Assembly: GCA_963702835.1 (NCBI GenBank)
Contig: OY969762.1
Span: forward strand, 2,181,501 to 2,245,500
Length of the DNA stretch: 64,000 nucleotides
Direction: 5' to 3'
Source: Candidatus Aminicenantes bacterium
GTDB lineage: Bacteria; Acidobacteriota; Aminicenantia; Aminicenantales; JAFGAV01
Shown: piece by piece, positions 9,239 to 18,060 of the stretch
Layout: the number at the start of each line of letters is the position of its first letter
Numbering within the stretch: the stretch's first letter is position 1
Program-made: the position numbers and the translations under genes
Notes under the pieces: generated by a model
Seen by the model: the letters and a program-made list of their open reading frames with translations, nothing else
Told to the model about the DNA's origin: nothing
The model's database searches: none

Positions 9239-10356
9239 CGCCGGACCCTCCTCAGGCTGGTGAACTTCAGGACGGCCAGCGAGAGCATGACCAGGCTGAG
9301 GCCGGCCAGGCTGGCCCCTTCCATTAAGAAATGGCGCAGCGCGGCGCCCTTGATGGCCACTCCGCGGATGATGCGCAGGAAGTGGGTGGCCGGAACGATG
9401 AAGGACAGGGCCCGCAGCGGCGGCGATAGTGAATCCAGGGGAAAGATAAAGCCCGACAGCAGGATGGAGGGGAGGAGGGTGGCCAGGATAGACCCCAGCA
9501 TGGCCACCCGTTGGGTGGGGGCCAGGGCCGAGACGAGGATGCCGAAGGACAACCCGGTCAGGACGAAGAGCAGGGCGAAAAGGAGCAGAACCAGCAGGCT
9601 GCCCCGCAGCGGCACGCCGAACCAGAAATGGGAGAAGAGCAGGATGAAACTCCCCGTGGCCAGAGCCACCAGGACATAGGGCAGGGTCTTGCCCAGGATG
9701 ATCTCGCCCGAGCGCAGCGGGGAGATGAACAGAAGCTCGACCGAACCAAGCTCCCGCTCGCGGGAAATGCTGGAGGAAGTGAGCATGGCCGAGATCATGA
9801 GCAGGATGACGGCCACCAGTCCCGGCACGAAAAAGAAGACGCTCTTGCTTTCGGGGTTGAAATAGACCTTGGTCTTGACCTGAAAGACGTCCTGGACGCC
9901 CTTCAGCTCGGCGGCAAAGCGCTGGACGATCATCTCGTTGTATTGAAAAATGCGGTTGGCCACGTTGGAGTCGCTGCCGTCGATGATCAGGCCGACCTCG
10001 GCCGTCCGGCCCTGGCGGACCCGTCCGGCAAAGCCGGCCGGGATGACCAGCACTTCCTTGACCGTGCCCGCCCGGAGAGCCCGTTCAGCCGCCGCTAAGT
10101 CCCCTTCCCGGCTCGCGCCGCTCAGGACCCGCAGGGCAAAAACTGTGGACCGGCCGAAGTCTTGGATCAGCCGGGCCGACGGTTCGGAACGGTCAAGGTC
10201 GATGACCGCCACCGGAATATTCTCCAGGTCGTAGGAAATGGCGTAGCCGAAGATGAAAATCTGGATCAAAGGCATGAGGAAGACCACCGACAGGCTGCGC
10301 GGGTCCCGCAACAGATGGGCAAACTCCTTGATCATAACGGCCCTAAGCCGTCTCAT
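9235..10356 (-). CDS. ABC-2 type transporter permease (YbhS/YbhR-like)
   Basis: 373 aa paralog of 8126..9238 with the same topology. It overlaps the ATPase gene stop by 4 nt. Confidence 0.85.
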   Translation of the reverse strand: MRRLRAVMIKEFAHLLRDPRSLSVVFLMPLIQIFIFGYAISYDLENIPVAVIDLDRSEPSARLIQDFGRSTVFALRVLSGASREGDLAAAERALRAGTVKEVLVIPAGFAGRVRQGRTAEVGLIIDGSDSNVANRIFQYNEMIVQRFAAELKGVQDVFQVKTKVYFNPESKSVFFFVPGLVAVILLMISAMLTSSSISRERELGSVELLFISPLRSGEIILGKTLPYVLVALATGSFILLFSHFWFGVPLRGSLLVLLLFALLFVLTGLSFGILVSALAPTQRVAMLGSILATLLPSILLSGFIFPLDSLSPPLRALSFIVPATHFLRIIRGVAIKGAALRHFLMEGASLAGLSLVMLSLAVLKFTSLRRVRR

Positions 10357-11090
10357 AGCCTTATGGCCTCCCTGAACAATTGCTCCACTGAGCCGGCCCC
10401 CCGAGTTTCGAGCAGGAGGCGGGGGTCGCCCTCCAGAACGATCCTCCCCTGATGGATGACCAGGATGCGGTCGGCGTATTCGGCTTCATCCAGGTTGTGA
10501 GTGGTGACCAGGATGGTCTTGCCCCGCTCCCGCAGGCCGTAAATGGTGTGCCAGAAGGCGCGCCGGGCCTCGGGGTCCACGCCCGAAGTCGGTTCGTCCA
10601 GGAAAATGAGCTCCGGGTCGGCCAGCAGGCTGACAAAGAGAGCCACTTTCTGGCGGAGCCCGGGCGGCAGGTTCCGCACCGGCAGCCGGAACAAATTTTC
10701 AGGCATCTGGCCGGCCAGGGCGGCCTGCCGCTCCCGGATCGCCGGCCGGCCCAGGCCGGAGATCCCGCCGAAGAACTCGATGTTCTCCCCCACCGTCAGC
10801 AGCGGATATAGGGTGAACTGCTGGGACATGTAGCCGATGGTCTTCTTGATGTTCTCCCGGCTCTTCCGGGCGTCCAGGCCTAGGATGGAGATCCGGCCGC
10901 CGCTCGGCTCGAGCAACCCCAGAATCATCTTAATGGTGATCGTCTTGCCGGCGCCGTTGGGCCCCAGGAAGCCCAGGATTTCGCCCCGCTCTACGGAGAA
11001 AGTGATGCGGTCCACGGCCGTGAAATCGCCAAAGCGTTTGGAAAGCTCGTGCACCTCGACGGCTTTCATGGCTTCAGGCCTGCCTTTCAT
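10353..11090 (-). CDS. ABC transporter ATP-binding protein
   Basis: Walker A GPNGAGKT and Walker B LIFLDEPTSGVD. An alternative start at MKAVEV (11069) is possible. Confidence 0.9.
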   Translation of the reverse strand: MKGRPEAMKAVEVHELSKRFGDFTAVDRITFSVERGEILGFLGPNGAGKTITIKMILGLLEPSGGRISILGLDARKSRENIKKTIGYMSQQFTLYPLLTVGENIEFFGGISGLGRPAIRERQAALAGQMPENLFRLPVRNLPPGLRQKVALFVSLLADPELIFLDEPTSGVDPEARRAFWHTIYGLRERGKTILVTTHNLDEAEYADRILVIHQGRIVLEGDPRLLLETRGAGSVEQLFREAIRL

Positions 11091-11964
11091 AATAAATGTA
11101 GATGTCCTCCAAGGTCGGCTTCTCCTCGGCGATGCTCACCGCCTCCACCAGGCGAGAGGGCTCCTCGCCGCCGGTGAGCATGAGGCGAAGCGTTCGGCCG
11201 TGGAGATAGGCGTTCCGGCCCGCTCCCCCCCGCTCTTCGAGCCGCCTGAGGGCCTCGAAGACATTCCCCCGGGGCAGGATTCGAAAGATGCGGGCGGGGA
11301 AGGTCCGCTTCAGCCGGGCGATGCTGTCCTGGAGCAGAACCCGGCCTTTCTTCAGGAAGACGATAGAGTCGCCTTTCTCCGCCTCGGCCAGGTAGGGCGT
11401 GGCCATGAGGATCGTCCGGCCTTCATCCCGCAGCTCCCGGATGATGTCGTAGAACTCGATCCGGCTCAAGGGGTCCACCCCGGTAGTGGGCTCGTCGAGG
11501 AGCAGCAGGCGGGGCGAAGCCAGGAGCATGGCCGACAGGGCTAGTTTCTGTTTCATCCCGCCCGAAAGCGCGCCGGCCCGGCGGCGGCGGAAGGGCAGCA
11601 TGCCGGTCCGCTCCAGGAGCTTTTTTTTCATCTCCTCGCGGCGCCGGCGGGGCACGCCGTGTATGTCGGCGAAAAAATTCAGGTTCTCCTCGACGGTCAG
11701 GTCGGCGTACAGCGAAAACCGCTCGGGCATGAAGCCGGCCGCCTTGGTCATGCGGCTTGGTTCGTCGCCGATATCCCGGCCATCCAGAGTGACGCGTCCG
11801 CTGTCCTGGCTGACGAGCCCGACCACGATCCGCAGCAGGGTGGACTTGCCGGCTCCGTCCGCGCCGGCCAGGACCGTGACCGAACGGGGCGGCACGTCCA
11901 GGGTGACGTCCTCCAGGGCGCGCAGGCCGGCATAGGATTTGGAGATGTGCTCGAGACCAACCAT
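11074..11964 (-). CDS. ABC transporter ATP-binding protein (second ATPase of the operon)
   Basis: Walker A GADGAGKST, signature LSGGMKQK, Walker B LLLLDEPTTGVD. I place the start at ATG 11964 (MVGLEHISKSY), 1 nt after the HlyD stop. The track ORF extends to 12243 only by overlapping the HlyD gene. Confidence 0.85.
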   Translation of the reverse strand: MVGLEHISKSYAGLRALEDVTLDVPPRSVTVLAGADGAGKSTLLRIVVGLVSQDSGRVTLDGRDIGDEPSRMTKAAGFMPERFSLYADLTVEENLNFFADIHGVPRRRREEMKKKLLERTGMLPFRRRRAGALSGGMKQKLALSAMLLASPRLLLLDEPTTGVDPLSRIEFYDIIRELRDEGRTILMATPYLAEAEKGDSIVFLKKGRVLLQDSIARLKRTFPARIFRILPRGNVFEALRRLEERGGAGRNAYLHGRTLRLMLTGGEEPSRLVEAVSIAEEKPTLEDIYIYYERQA

Positions 11965-11965
11965 G

Positions 11966-12859
11966 CTATTGTGGCCGAAAAACAACCGTGACCGGCAGCC
12001 CCTCCTTGAGGACGCCCGTCTCTTTATTAACCTTAACTTTAACCTCGAAGAGGAGCGCTTCCCGCTCTTTCTCGGAAAGGATGTACTTCGGCGAGAACTC
12101 GGCTTCCCGGCCGAAGAAGGAAACCGTGCCGGCCAGGGGCTTTCCGGGAAGGCCGTCCACCCGGACCTCGGCCCGGTCGCCCAGCCGGAGGCGGCCGATT
12201 TCCCGTTCTTCAAGAAAGACCTCGATATACAGGCTGTCCTCATCCAGGATATCGGCCAGGGCTGTGCCGGGCAGGAGCGTTTCTCCGCCGGAAACGAACG
12301 TCTCCAGGACGACGCCGTTGGCCGGCGAGAGGATGATCATATCCTGGCGGGCCAGTTCCAGCGAGCGCCTCTTGTTCCCCAGCTTTTCCTTCTGAATTTT
12401 CAGGGCGGCCAGGCTTTTCTCCGCCTCGAAGAGCCCCGTCTCCGCTTCCAGGAGCTGGAGCCTGGCTTTGTCCAGCTGATCGCCCGGGACGGCCGCTTCT
12501 TTTTCCAGCCGGGCCAGCCGTTCCGCCTGGCGCCGCAAGTAGTCCACGTTGGCCCGCACGGAGGCCAGCTTCTTCAGGAGGCGGGATTCCTGGTTGGCCA
12601 GCTCCTCCCCGGTCAGTTCGAGCTCCTCCAACCCGTTCAAGATTTTGTCCTGGTTGAGCTCGCCCATCACCTCACCGCGCCGGAGGCGCTGGCCTTCGGC
12701 GGCCGTCCATTTATCCAGCCTTCCGGCGGCCAAGGTTCGGACGGTGGCCACCTGCCCCCGAACCGTGCCCGGCGCCCGGATGACATCATCCTTCCGGCGG
12801 CAGGCCAGCAGACCCGCCGCCAGGCCGAGGGCTATGACCGCGCTGATCACTTTCTTCAT
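11966..12859 (-). CDS. HlyD-family membrane fusion protein (YbhG-like)
   Basis: 297 aa with an N-terminal signal anchor (MKKVISAVIALGLAAGLLAC), a long coiled-coil segment and a C-terminal beta domain. 4-nt overlap with the TolC gene. Confidence 0.85.
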   Translation of the reverse strand: MKKVISAVIALGLAAGLLACRRKDDVIRAPGTVRGQVATVRTLAAGRLDKWTAAEGQRLRRGEVMGELNQDKILNGLEELELTGEELANQESRLLKKLASVRANVDYLRRQAERLARLEKEAAVPGDQLDKARLQLLEAETGLFEAEKSLAALKIQKEKLGNKRRSLELARQDMIILSPANGVVLETFVSGGETLLPGTALADILDEDSLYIEVFLEEREIGRLRLGDRAEVRVDGLPGKPLAGTVSFFGREAEFSPKYILSEKEREALLFEVKVKVNKETGVLKEGLPVTVVFRPQ

Positions 12860-14175
12860 CGTCCTGCTCCTTGGCGGCCGATGAGCGTCTGGATGCGGAC
12901 ATCGGCCAGGCTCTGTTCGATGTCGAGCTCCGTCTTCAAAGACCGGTATTTTTCCAGGTTGGCCACGGCCGCCAGATAATCAAGGTTGGAGATCTGGCTC
13001 TCCCGGTAAAGGCTATCTTTGAGCTTGACATCCTCCTCTGCATCCCGGACCAGGCTGCCGGCCAGCGTCTGCTTGGCCCGGAGCGACCTTTTGATCTCGT
13101 AAACCTGCTTGAGTCCCTTCTCCGTCTCCCTTATAAAATCCTGCCGCTGGCTGGCCAGCTTTCTCTTCTCCACCTCGCTCAAGGCCAGGTCGCGGTCCGA
13201 CTGGCTGCGGTTGATGAGGGGCACGGTCAAGGTCAGGCCGGCCTGCACATAGAGCGACCAGTCCTCTTTGAAGAAGTTCACCCCGGGCTTGCCGTAATGC
13301 AGCTCATAGGTGCCGGCCAACTGGGGCAGCCTCGCCGCGGCGGCCGCTTTGCGGCCAGCCTCGACCAGAAGGCCCTGCTCCTCAAAGGCGGCCAGCAGGG
13401 GATGGCCCTGGTTGAAAGCGGCCAAGGAATCCTCGATCGTCCCGGCGGCCTCCAGGCCCGCGGGGTCCACTTCTTCCGGGTCCAGGCCGCACAGGGTCTG
13501 GAAGGCGATCCTCTCCTGCTCGACCTGCTGGCCGATATCTTCCAGGTTGAGCCGGACCTCATCCACCCGGCTTCGCGTCTCCAAGAGATCGGACCGGCGG
13601 GCCAGCTGTTCCCGCACAAAGGCCTCTATTTTTTCGAGGTGCAGGCCGAGGTTTTCCAGGAGCCTGCCCAAGGAATCGCGCTTGGCCAGCAGGAGGCGGT
13701 AGGTCAGGAAGGAGAATTTGACCTGGCCGGCCAGGTCGTTCCTCACCAATTCGGTCCGTTTCTGCTCCAGGAGGCCCTTGATTTCCTCCATCCGGATGGC
13801 CTGGTTGATGGCGCCGCCGGTGTAGAGCGGCTGGACCAGGGTCATCCTCAGGTCGTAAAAATCGTGAGGGGCGGACAGAAGCAGCATATTCTCCGGGATG
13901 CCCAAGTCCGGCGGAAGAATGGGAAAATCTTTGGCCATGACCTGGACCGCCTCCGAAGAGAACCGGTAGGACCCGCCGGCGTCAATCCGGAAGAGCCGCT
14001 GCCGGAGGGCGTAGCTCCGGCCGATACGGGCTGCCTCCTGGCCCAGGAGCTGGCGCTCCACGGCCGGGCTCTGGGCCCAGGCTTGTTCGACCGCCTGTTG
14101 CAGGCTGACCTTGGAAAAGAGCGGACCCGCCGCCGCCAGGATGATTGCCTGAAGAACCCATATCCGCTTATTCAT
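12856..14175 (-). CDS. TolC-family outer membrane efflux protein
   Basis: OEP-type repeats and the signal peptide MNKRIWVLQAIILAAAGPLFS. I start at that Met (14175); the track ORF begins at 14232. Confidence 0.85.
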   Translation of the reverse strand: MNKRIWVLQAIILAAAGPLFSKVSLQQAVEQAWAQSPAVERQLLGQEAARIGRSYALRQRLFRIDAGGSYRFSSEAVQVMAKDFPILPPDLGIPENMLLLSAPHDFYDLRMTLVQPLYTGGAINQAIRMEEIKGLLEQKRTELVRNDLAGQVKFSFLTYRLLLAKRDSLGRLLENLGLHLEKIEAFVREQLARRSDLLETRSRVDEVRLNLEDIGQQVEQERIAFQTLCGLDPEEVDPAGLEAAGTIEDSLAAFNQGHPLLAAFEEQGLLVEAGRKAAAAARLPQLAGTYELHYGKPGVNFFKEDWSLYVQAGLTLTVPLINRSQSDRDLALSEVEKRKLASQRQDFIRETEKGLKQVYEIKRSLRAKQTLAGSLVRDAEEDVKLKDSLYRESQISNLDYLAAVANLEKYRSLKTELDIEQSLADVRIQTLIGRQGAGR

Positions 14176-14648
14176 CTTGACCTCGCCAACGTGACCGTTC
14201 CACTCATTTTCTCCAAACAGCGGATAGAGCACAAGCCCCCGGCCGATTCAGGAAGCATTTCTCTTAATGTGATGAAGGGTCCTTCGGCTTGGAGCATTGG
14301 CCTCGCTCGCCGGCCGGCAAGAAGAATGCCGGAAATCCTCGAAGAGCGCTTCGAAAGGGCTAAATCCGGCCTGATGCTCGCTCCGGCCAGTGCTCCAGCC
14401 TTAAAAGCAATTTTCCCTCAAGTCATCACAGATTTAGAAATGCTTCCGCCAATTCATGCTTCGAAATGCTTCGGAAGCATCTCCTTTTCCGAGTTAAAAC
14501 AGATCCGAATGGGGTCCTGTCGCGGCTCTTCCCCGGCCGTCCTCGCGGCCAAGCCGCTACGGACGGGCGGGGAGCCCCTTCGCCGCGCCACCCCTGCACG
14601 AATAGGCCTTTCACGGAAAATGAGATGCATTCAAATGTTTCGAAATTC

Positions 14649-14678
14649 TTGACAGGGACAGAGGCCGCGCCCTAAGAT
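14649..14678 (+). promoter_or_regulatory. Putative sigma70 promoter of the NRAMP gene
   Basis: TTGACA (14649..14654), 18 nt spacer, TAAGAT (14673..14678), preceded by an AT-rich tract containing the TTTCGAAA palindrome. Confidence 0.35.
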
Positions 14679-14782
14679 AATCGCCGATTGCCCGGGCGGA
14701 CAAAGGAGTGCGGGGCGGGACCCGGCCTCGGCCCGCCGCGGGCGGCCTGAGGGCCAGGCGATGTCCGGACGCGGAGGACGGT

Positions 14783-16042
14783 ATGAAGGAGAATCCCAGG
14801 CTGCGGCGCATGTGGCTGGCCATCCTGGCCTTCCTGGCCGTAATGGGGCCCGGCATCATCACCGGCTCGGTCGATAACGACGCCGGCGGGATCACCACCT
14901 ACTCGGTCCTGGGCGCCGTTCACGGCTACCGGCTCCTGTGGATCCTCATCCCCAGCTTCGTCATCCTCATTGTCGTCCAGGAGATGAACGCACGGATGGG
15001 GATGGTCACCGGCAAGGGGTTGGCCGACCTCATCCGGGAAAGCTACGGAATTAAAATCACCTTTTTCATCTTCGTCGCCCTCGTCCTGGCCGATATCGGC
15101 AATACGGCCACCGAGTTCGCCGGCGTGGCCGGCAGCATGCAGGTCTTCGGGGTGAGCAAATACATTTCCGTCCCCATGGCGGCCGTCCTGGTCTGGTTCC
15201 TCGTCGTCAAAGGGACGTACAAGTCCTCGGAGAAGATCTTCCTCGTCTTCAGCGTTTTCCTCCTGTCCTATGCCATTTCGGCCATCATGGCCAAGCCCAA
15301 CTGGGGCGAGGTCATGACCGGGCTCTTCACCCCGAGCATGCCGTTTGACCGCAGGACCATCGCCCTCGTCCTGGGAACTATCGGCACGACCATCGCCCCC
15401 TGGATGCAGTTCTACATGCAGTCGGCCGTTATCGAGAAAGGGCTGACCATCAAGAACTACAAGTATTCGCTGGTGGACGTCATCGCCGGAAGCACGGCCA
15501 CGGTGGTGGTGGCCTTTTTCATCATCGTCGCCTGCGGGGCGACCCTCCACCCCAACGGGATCGTTATCGAGCAAGCCAAAGACGCGGCCGTGGCCCTGAG
15601 GCCGTTCGCCGGCCACTTGGCCGGGGCCGTCTTCGCCTTCGGCCTGCTGGTGGCTTCGATATTCTCCGCCACGATCCTGCCCATCGCCACGGCCTTCTAC
15701 ATCTGCGAGGCCTTCGGGTTCGAGGCGGGCATCAACAAGAAGTGGAGCGAGGCGCCCTTCTTCTACGGGCTGTTCACCTTCATCGAGCTCATCGCCGTCT
15801 TCATCATCCTCCTGCCCAAGGCCCCGCTTATCAGCATCACCATCTGGACCCAAGTCATCAACGCCATCCTCCTGCCGGTCGTTCTTTTCGCCATGATCCG
15901 GCTGGTCAATAACCCCCGGATCATGGGCAGCCACCGCAACAGGAAAGCCATCAACGTGATCGGCTATGCGACGGTCATCCTGCTGGTCGGCCTGACCATG
16001 GTCATGGTCATCTTAAACGTACTGCCGGGGGCCGGGCCTTAG
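14783..16042 (+). CDS. NRAMP/SLC11-family divalent cation transporter (NRMT-like site signature)
   Basis: MKENPRLRRMWLAILAFLAVMGPGIITGSVDNDAGG... shows NRAMP family similarity. GGAGGA lies 5 nt upstream of ATG 14783. The canonical DPGN is replaced by D-A-G-G and MPHN by A-P-W-M (see findings). Confidence 0.85.
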   Translation: MKENPRLRRMWLAILAFLAVMGPGIITGSVDNDAGGITTYSVLGAVHGYRLLWILIPSFVILIVVQEMNARMGMVTGKGLADLIRESYGIKITFFIFVALVLADIGNTATEFAGVAGSMQVFGVSKYISVPMAAVLVWFLVVKGTYKSSEKIFLVFSVFLLSYAISAIMAKPNWGEVMTGLFTPSMPFDRRTIALVLGTIGTTIAPWMQFYMQSAVIEKGLTIKNYKYSLVDVIAGSTATVVVAFFIIVACGATLHPNGIVIEQAKDAAVALRPFAGHLAGAVFAFGLLVASIFSATILPIATAFYICEAFGFEAGINKKWSEAPFFYGLFTFIELIAVFIILLPKAPLISITIWTQVINAILLPVVLFAMIRLVNNPRIMGSHRNRKAINVIGYATVILLVGLTMVMVILNVLPGAGP

Positions 16043-16044
16043 AT

Positions 16045-18060
16045 CTAAAATATTTTTTTGAATATTCGGCGGCCACCTAGGGTGGCCTTGTCGATGGCCT
16101 GGTGGGGGCAGAGCTCCATGCAGCAGTAGCAGCTCCGGCAGTCCGGGCGGATGAAGCTCGGAAGCCGGCGGCCCTGATGTTCAACCATGACCACGGCCTT
16201 GGGCGCAGCCGGGCAGGCCTCGGCGCAGGAGCCGCAGGATTGACATAATTGAGGGTCGACCACCAGGCGGGCCCGGCGGCTGAAAAGGAATCCAAAGATG
16301 AGCCTATTGGACAGGTAGTTCATCAGGGCGTTTTTCAGAGGACGGCGGTAGGTGGAAGGTTTTTTGAAATGTGCCGGCCGGATAAAGCTCCCCAGAATAT
16401 CCAGTTTCTCCAGGTCGGGTTCGCCCAAGCCCCGCCGGTAGGCTTCCTTAAGAAGCGGAACGGCTGAGCGGTCAAAGCCCATCATCTCGGCCATGACCGT
16501 GTCGGCGTTCACGGCGTTATCAGCCACGATCAGCCGCCTGATGTCGGGGCGAAGGTCAGGCCCGGTCGGGCCGTTGCCTTCCATGCCCGTCACGGCGTCC
16601 ATGATCACCAGGTCGGGCGGCCGGATAAGGTAAATATCGGCCAGGACACGGGCAAAGGCTCGCGGCGTGCGGCCCAGCCTGTGGAGCCGGGCTTTATCCC
16701 CGCCCACGAGATAGCCGTAGCAGTTCTTGAGGCCGCCGGTGATCTGGGTCAACTGGTGCGTTTTGAACTTGGGCAGGGAGACCACCAGGTCTGCCTCCAG
16801 GACAGCCCGGGAGACGGTCAGCTCTCCCAGTTGAGGCGCCCAAGGGAGAACGACGCGCTCCTGCTCCAGCCCGATATTCCGGTAATGGCCGGGGACGGCT
16901 TCGAGGATCCCGGAGGTGCGGAAACACTCCTCATTCCGGCCGTAACCCGGCCGGCCGGGGTTGTCGCCCACAATGACCTTGGCGCCGCGGCGGAGGAGCG
17001 AGTCTGCTACGGCCCGCACCAGCCGGGGATGGGTGGTCACATGTTTTTCGGGCGGACAAGCGGCGATGACGTTGGGCTTAACCAGGACCGTCCGGCCCGT
17101 CCAAGCCAGGGGGAACTCATCCAGCCCGCGCTCTACGGCTTCGGCCACGCGCTCGTAATCCGTTTCCAGGACCAGGACTTTACGGCCGGCCGGCTTGAGG
17201 ACGGGGGAGAATCGGCGGTGGATGCCGACGGCTTGCCGAGTTCGCACCCGATCGGTCCAGTGTTTGATGTCCTCGGCCAGGGGAATGTCCGGCTCAAAAA
17301 AAAGGCAGTGATCGGTTTCCGGATAGGTGATAGCCTCGAGCTTGCCGCGCCATAGACGTTCAAGGACCACCCTTGTCTTATCCTTATGGACAATGCGGTC
17401 GCCTTCCGCCCACAGGACAAGAGCCGGGACCTTCAGCCTCGCCCGCCGGCCGAGGAGGCTTCGCCTGAGGTCGAGCCGCCATCCGATAAGAAACTCCCGC
17501 GCCGGGATCCTCTTTCGGCGAAGCGCGTCGCGGGCGATGAAGTCGAGTCCTTCCGGGCGCCGGGTAAACCAGCGGTCGTCGCTGACGGGCGAGGGATATG
17601 TCCGCCCCGGAGAGAACAGGGCCGCCATAACGGTTTCAAGTTTATGGCCTCTGGGCAGGCCGGCCCGGGTCTTCAGCCCGGGAGAGATAAAAATCAATGA
17701 GTCCGGAATTTCTCGGCGCTCAAGGGCGGCAACCGTAGCCAGCTTGGCCCCGAAACAGAGGGAGGCGAGATGGACCCTTGCTTCGGGGTATTTCCGACGC
17801 AGGAAGTCCAGACAGACGGCGATATCATCGAGCCAGGGTCTAAGGCCCGCCTGAAGATCCTGGTTAAGCCCTGAGCCGCGCCTGTCCAGGGCCAGCACTG
17901 CCGCTCTGAGGCCGGATAGTTTCCGGGCCGTCGAAGCGAACCAGGTGTGATTGCTCTCCAGGCCGTTGAGGATGAGCACGGCCTGGGAGACAGGCTCGGC
18001 CGGCCACAGAGCCGCCCGGACGGTCCGGCTGTCTCGACCTTTAAGTTCAACGAGCTCCAT
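16045..18060 (-). CDS. Fusion protein: alpha/beta-hydrolase + DUF362 domain + 2x[4Fe-4S] ferredoxin-like tail
   Basis: 671 aa. The N-terminal ~270 aa look like a lysophospholipase-like hydrolase fold. The middle has VLVKPNV...VGDNPG, typical of DUF362. The C-terminus has CQSCGSCAEACP and CRSCYCCMELCP. The start overlaps the upstream gene by 14 nt. Confidence 0.75.
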   Translation of the reverse strand: MELVELKGRDSRTVRAALWPAEPVSQAVLILNGLESNHTWFASTARKLSGLRAAVLALDRRGSGLNQDLQAGLRPWLDDIAVCLDFLRRKYPEARVHLASLCFGAKLATVAALERREIPDSLIFISPGLKTRAGLPRGHKLETVMAALFSPGRTYPSPVSDDRWFTRRPEGLDFIARDALRRKRIPAREFLIGWRLDLRRSLLGRRARLKVPALVLWAEGDRIVHKDKTRVVLERLWRGKLEAITYPETDHCLFFEPDIPLAEDIKHWTDRVRTRQAVGIHRRFSPVLKPAGRKVLVLETDYERVAEAVERGLDEFPLAWTGRTVLVKPNVIAACPPEKHVTTHPRLVRAVADSLLRRGAKVIVGDNPGRPGYGRNEECFRTSGILEAVPGHYRNIGLEQERVVLPWAPQLGELTVSRAVLEADLVVSLPKFKTHQLTQITGGLKNCYGYLVGGDKARLHRLGRTPRAFARVLADIYLIRPPDLVIMDAVTGMEGNGPTGPDLRPDIRRLIVADNAVNADTVMAEMMGFDRSAVPLLKEAYRRGLGEPDLEKLDILGSFIRPAHFKKPSTYRRPLKNALMNYLSNRLIFGFLFSRRARLVVDPQLCQSCGSCAEACPAAPKAVVMVEHQGRRLPSFIRPDCRSCYCCMELCPHQAIDKATLGGRRIFKKIF

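Noticed and set aside
11965-12243. N-terminal 93-aa extension of the second ABC ATPase ORF (track ORF 11074..12243).
   Set aside because: The extension overlaps the 3' end of the HlyD gene in another frame and is R/S/K-rich nonsense. The conserved ATPase sequence begins at Met 11964, right after the HlyD stop.
14511-14524. The 14-nt word GGGTCCTGTCGCGG is shared with 40493..40506.
   Set aside because: One or more exact 14-mer matches are expected by chance among all position pairs in 64 kb on two strands, and the flanking sequence does not align.
14685-14782. Possible Mn (yybP-ykoY) or other riboswitch in the GC-rich ~100-nt leader of the NRAMP gene.
   Set aside because: I could not find the conserved yybP-ykoY core sequences. 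Only generic GC-rich pairing potential is visible. An Rfam scan would be needed before making any claim.
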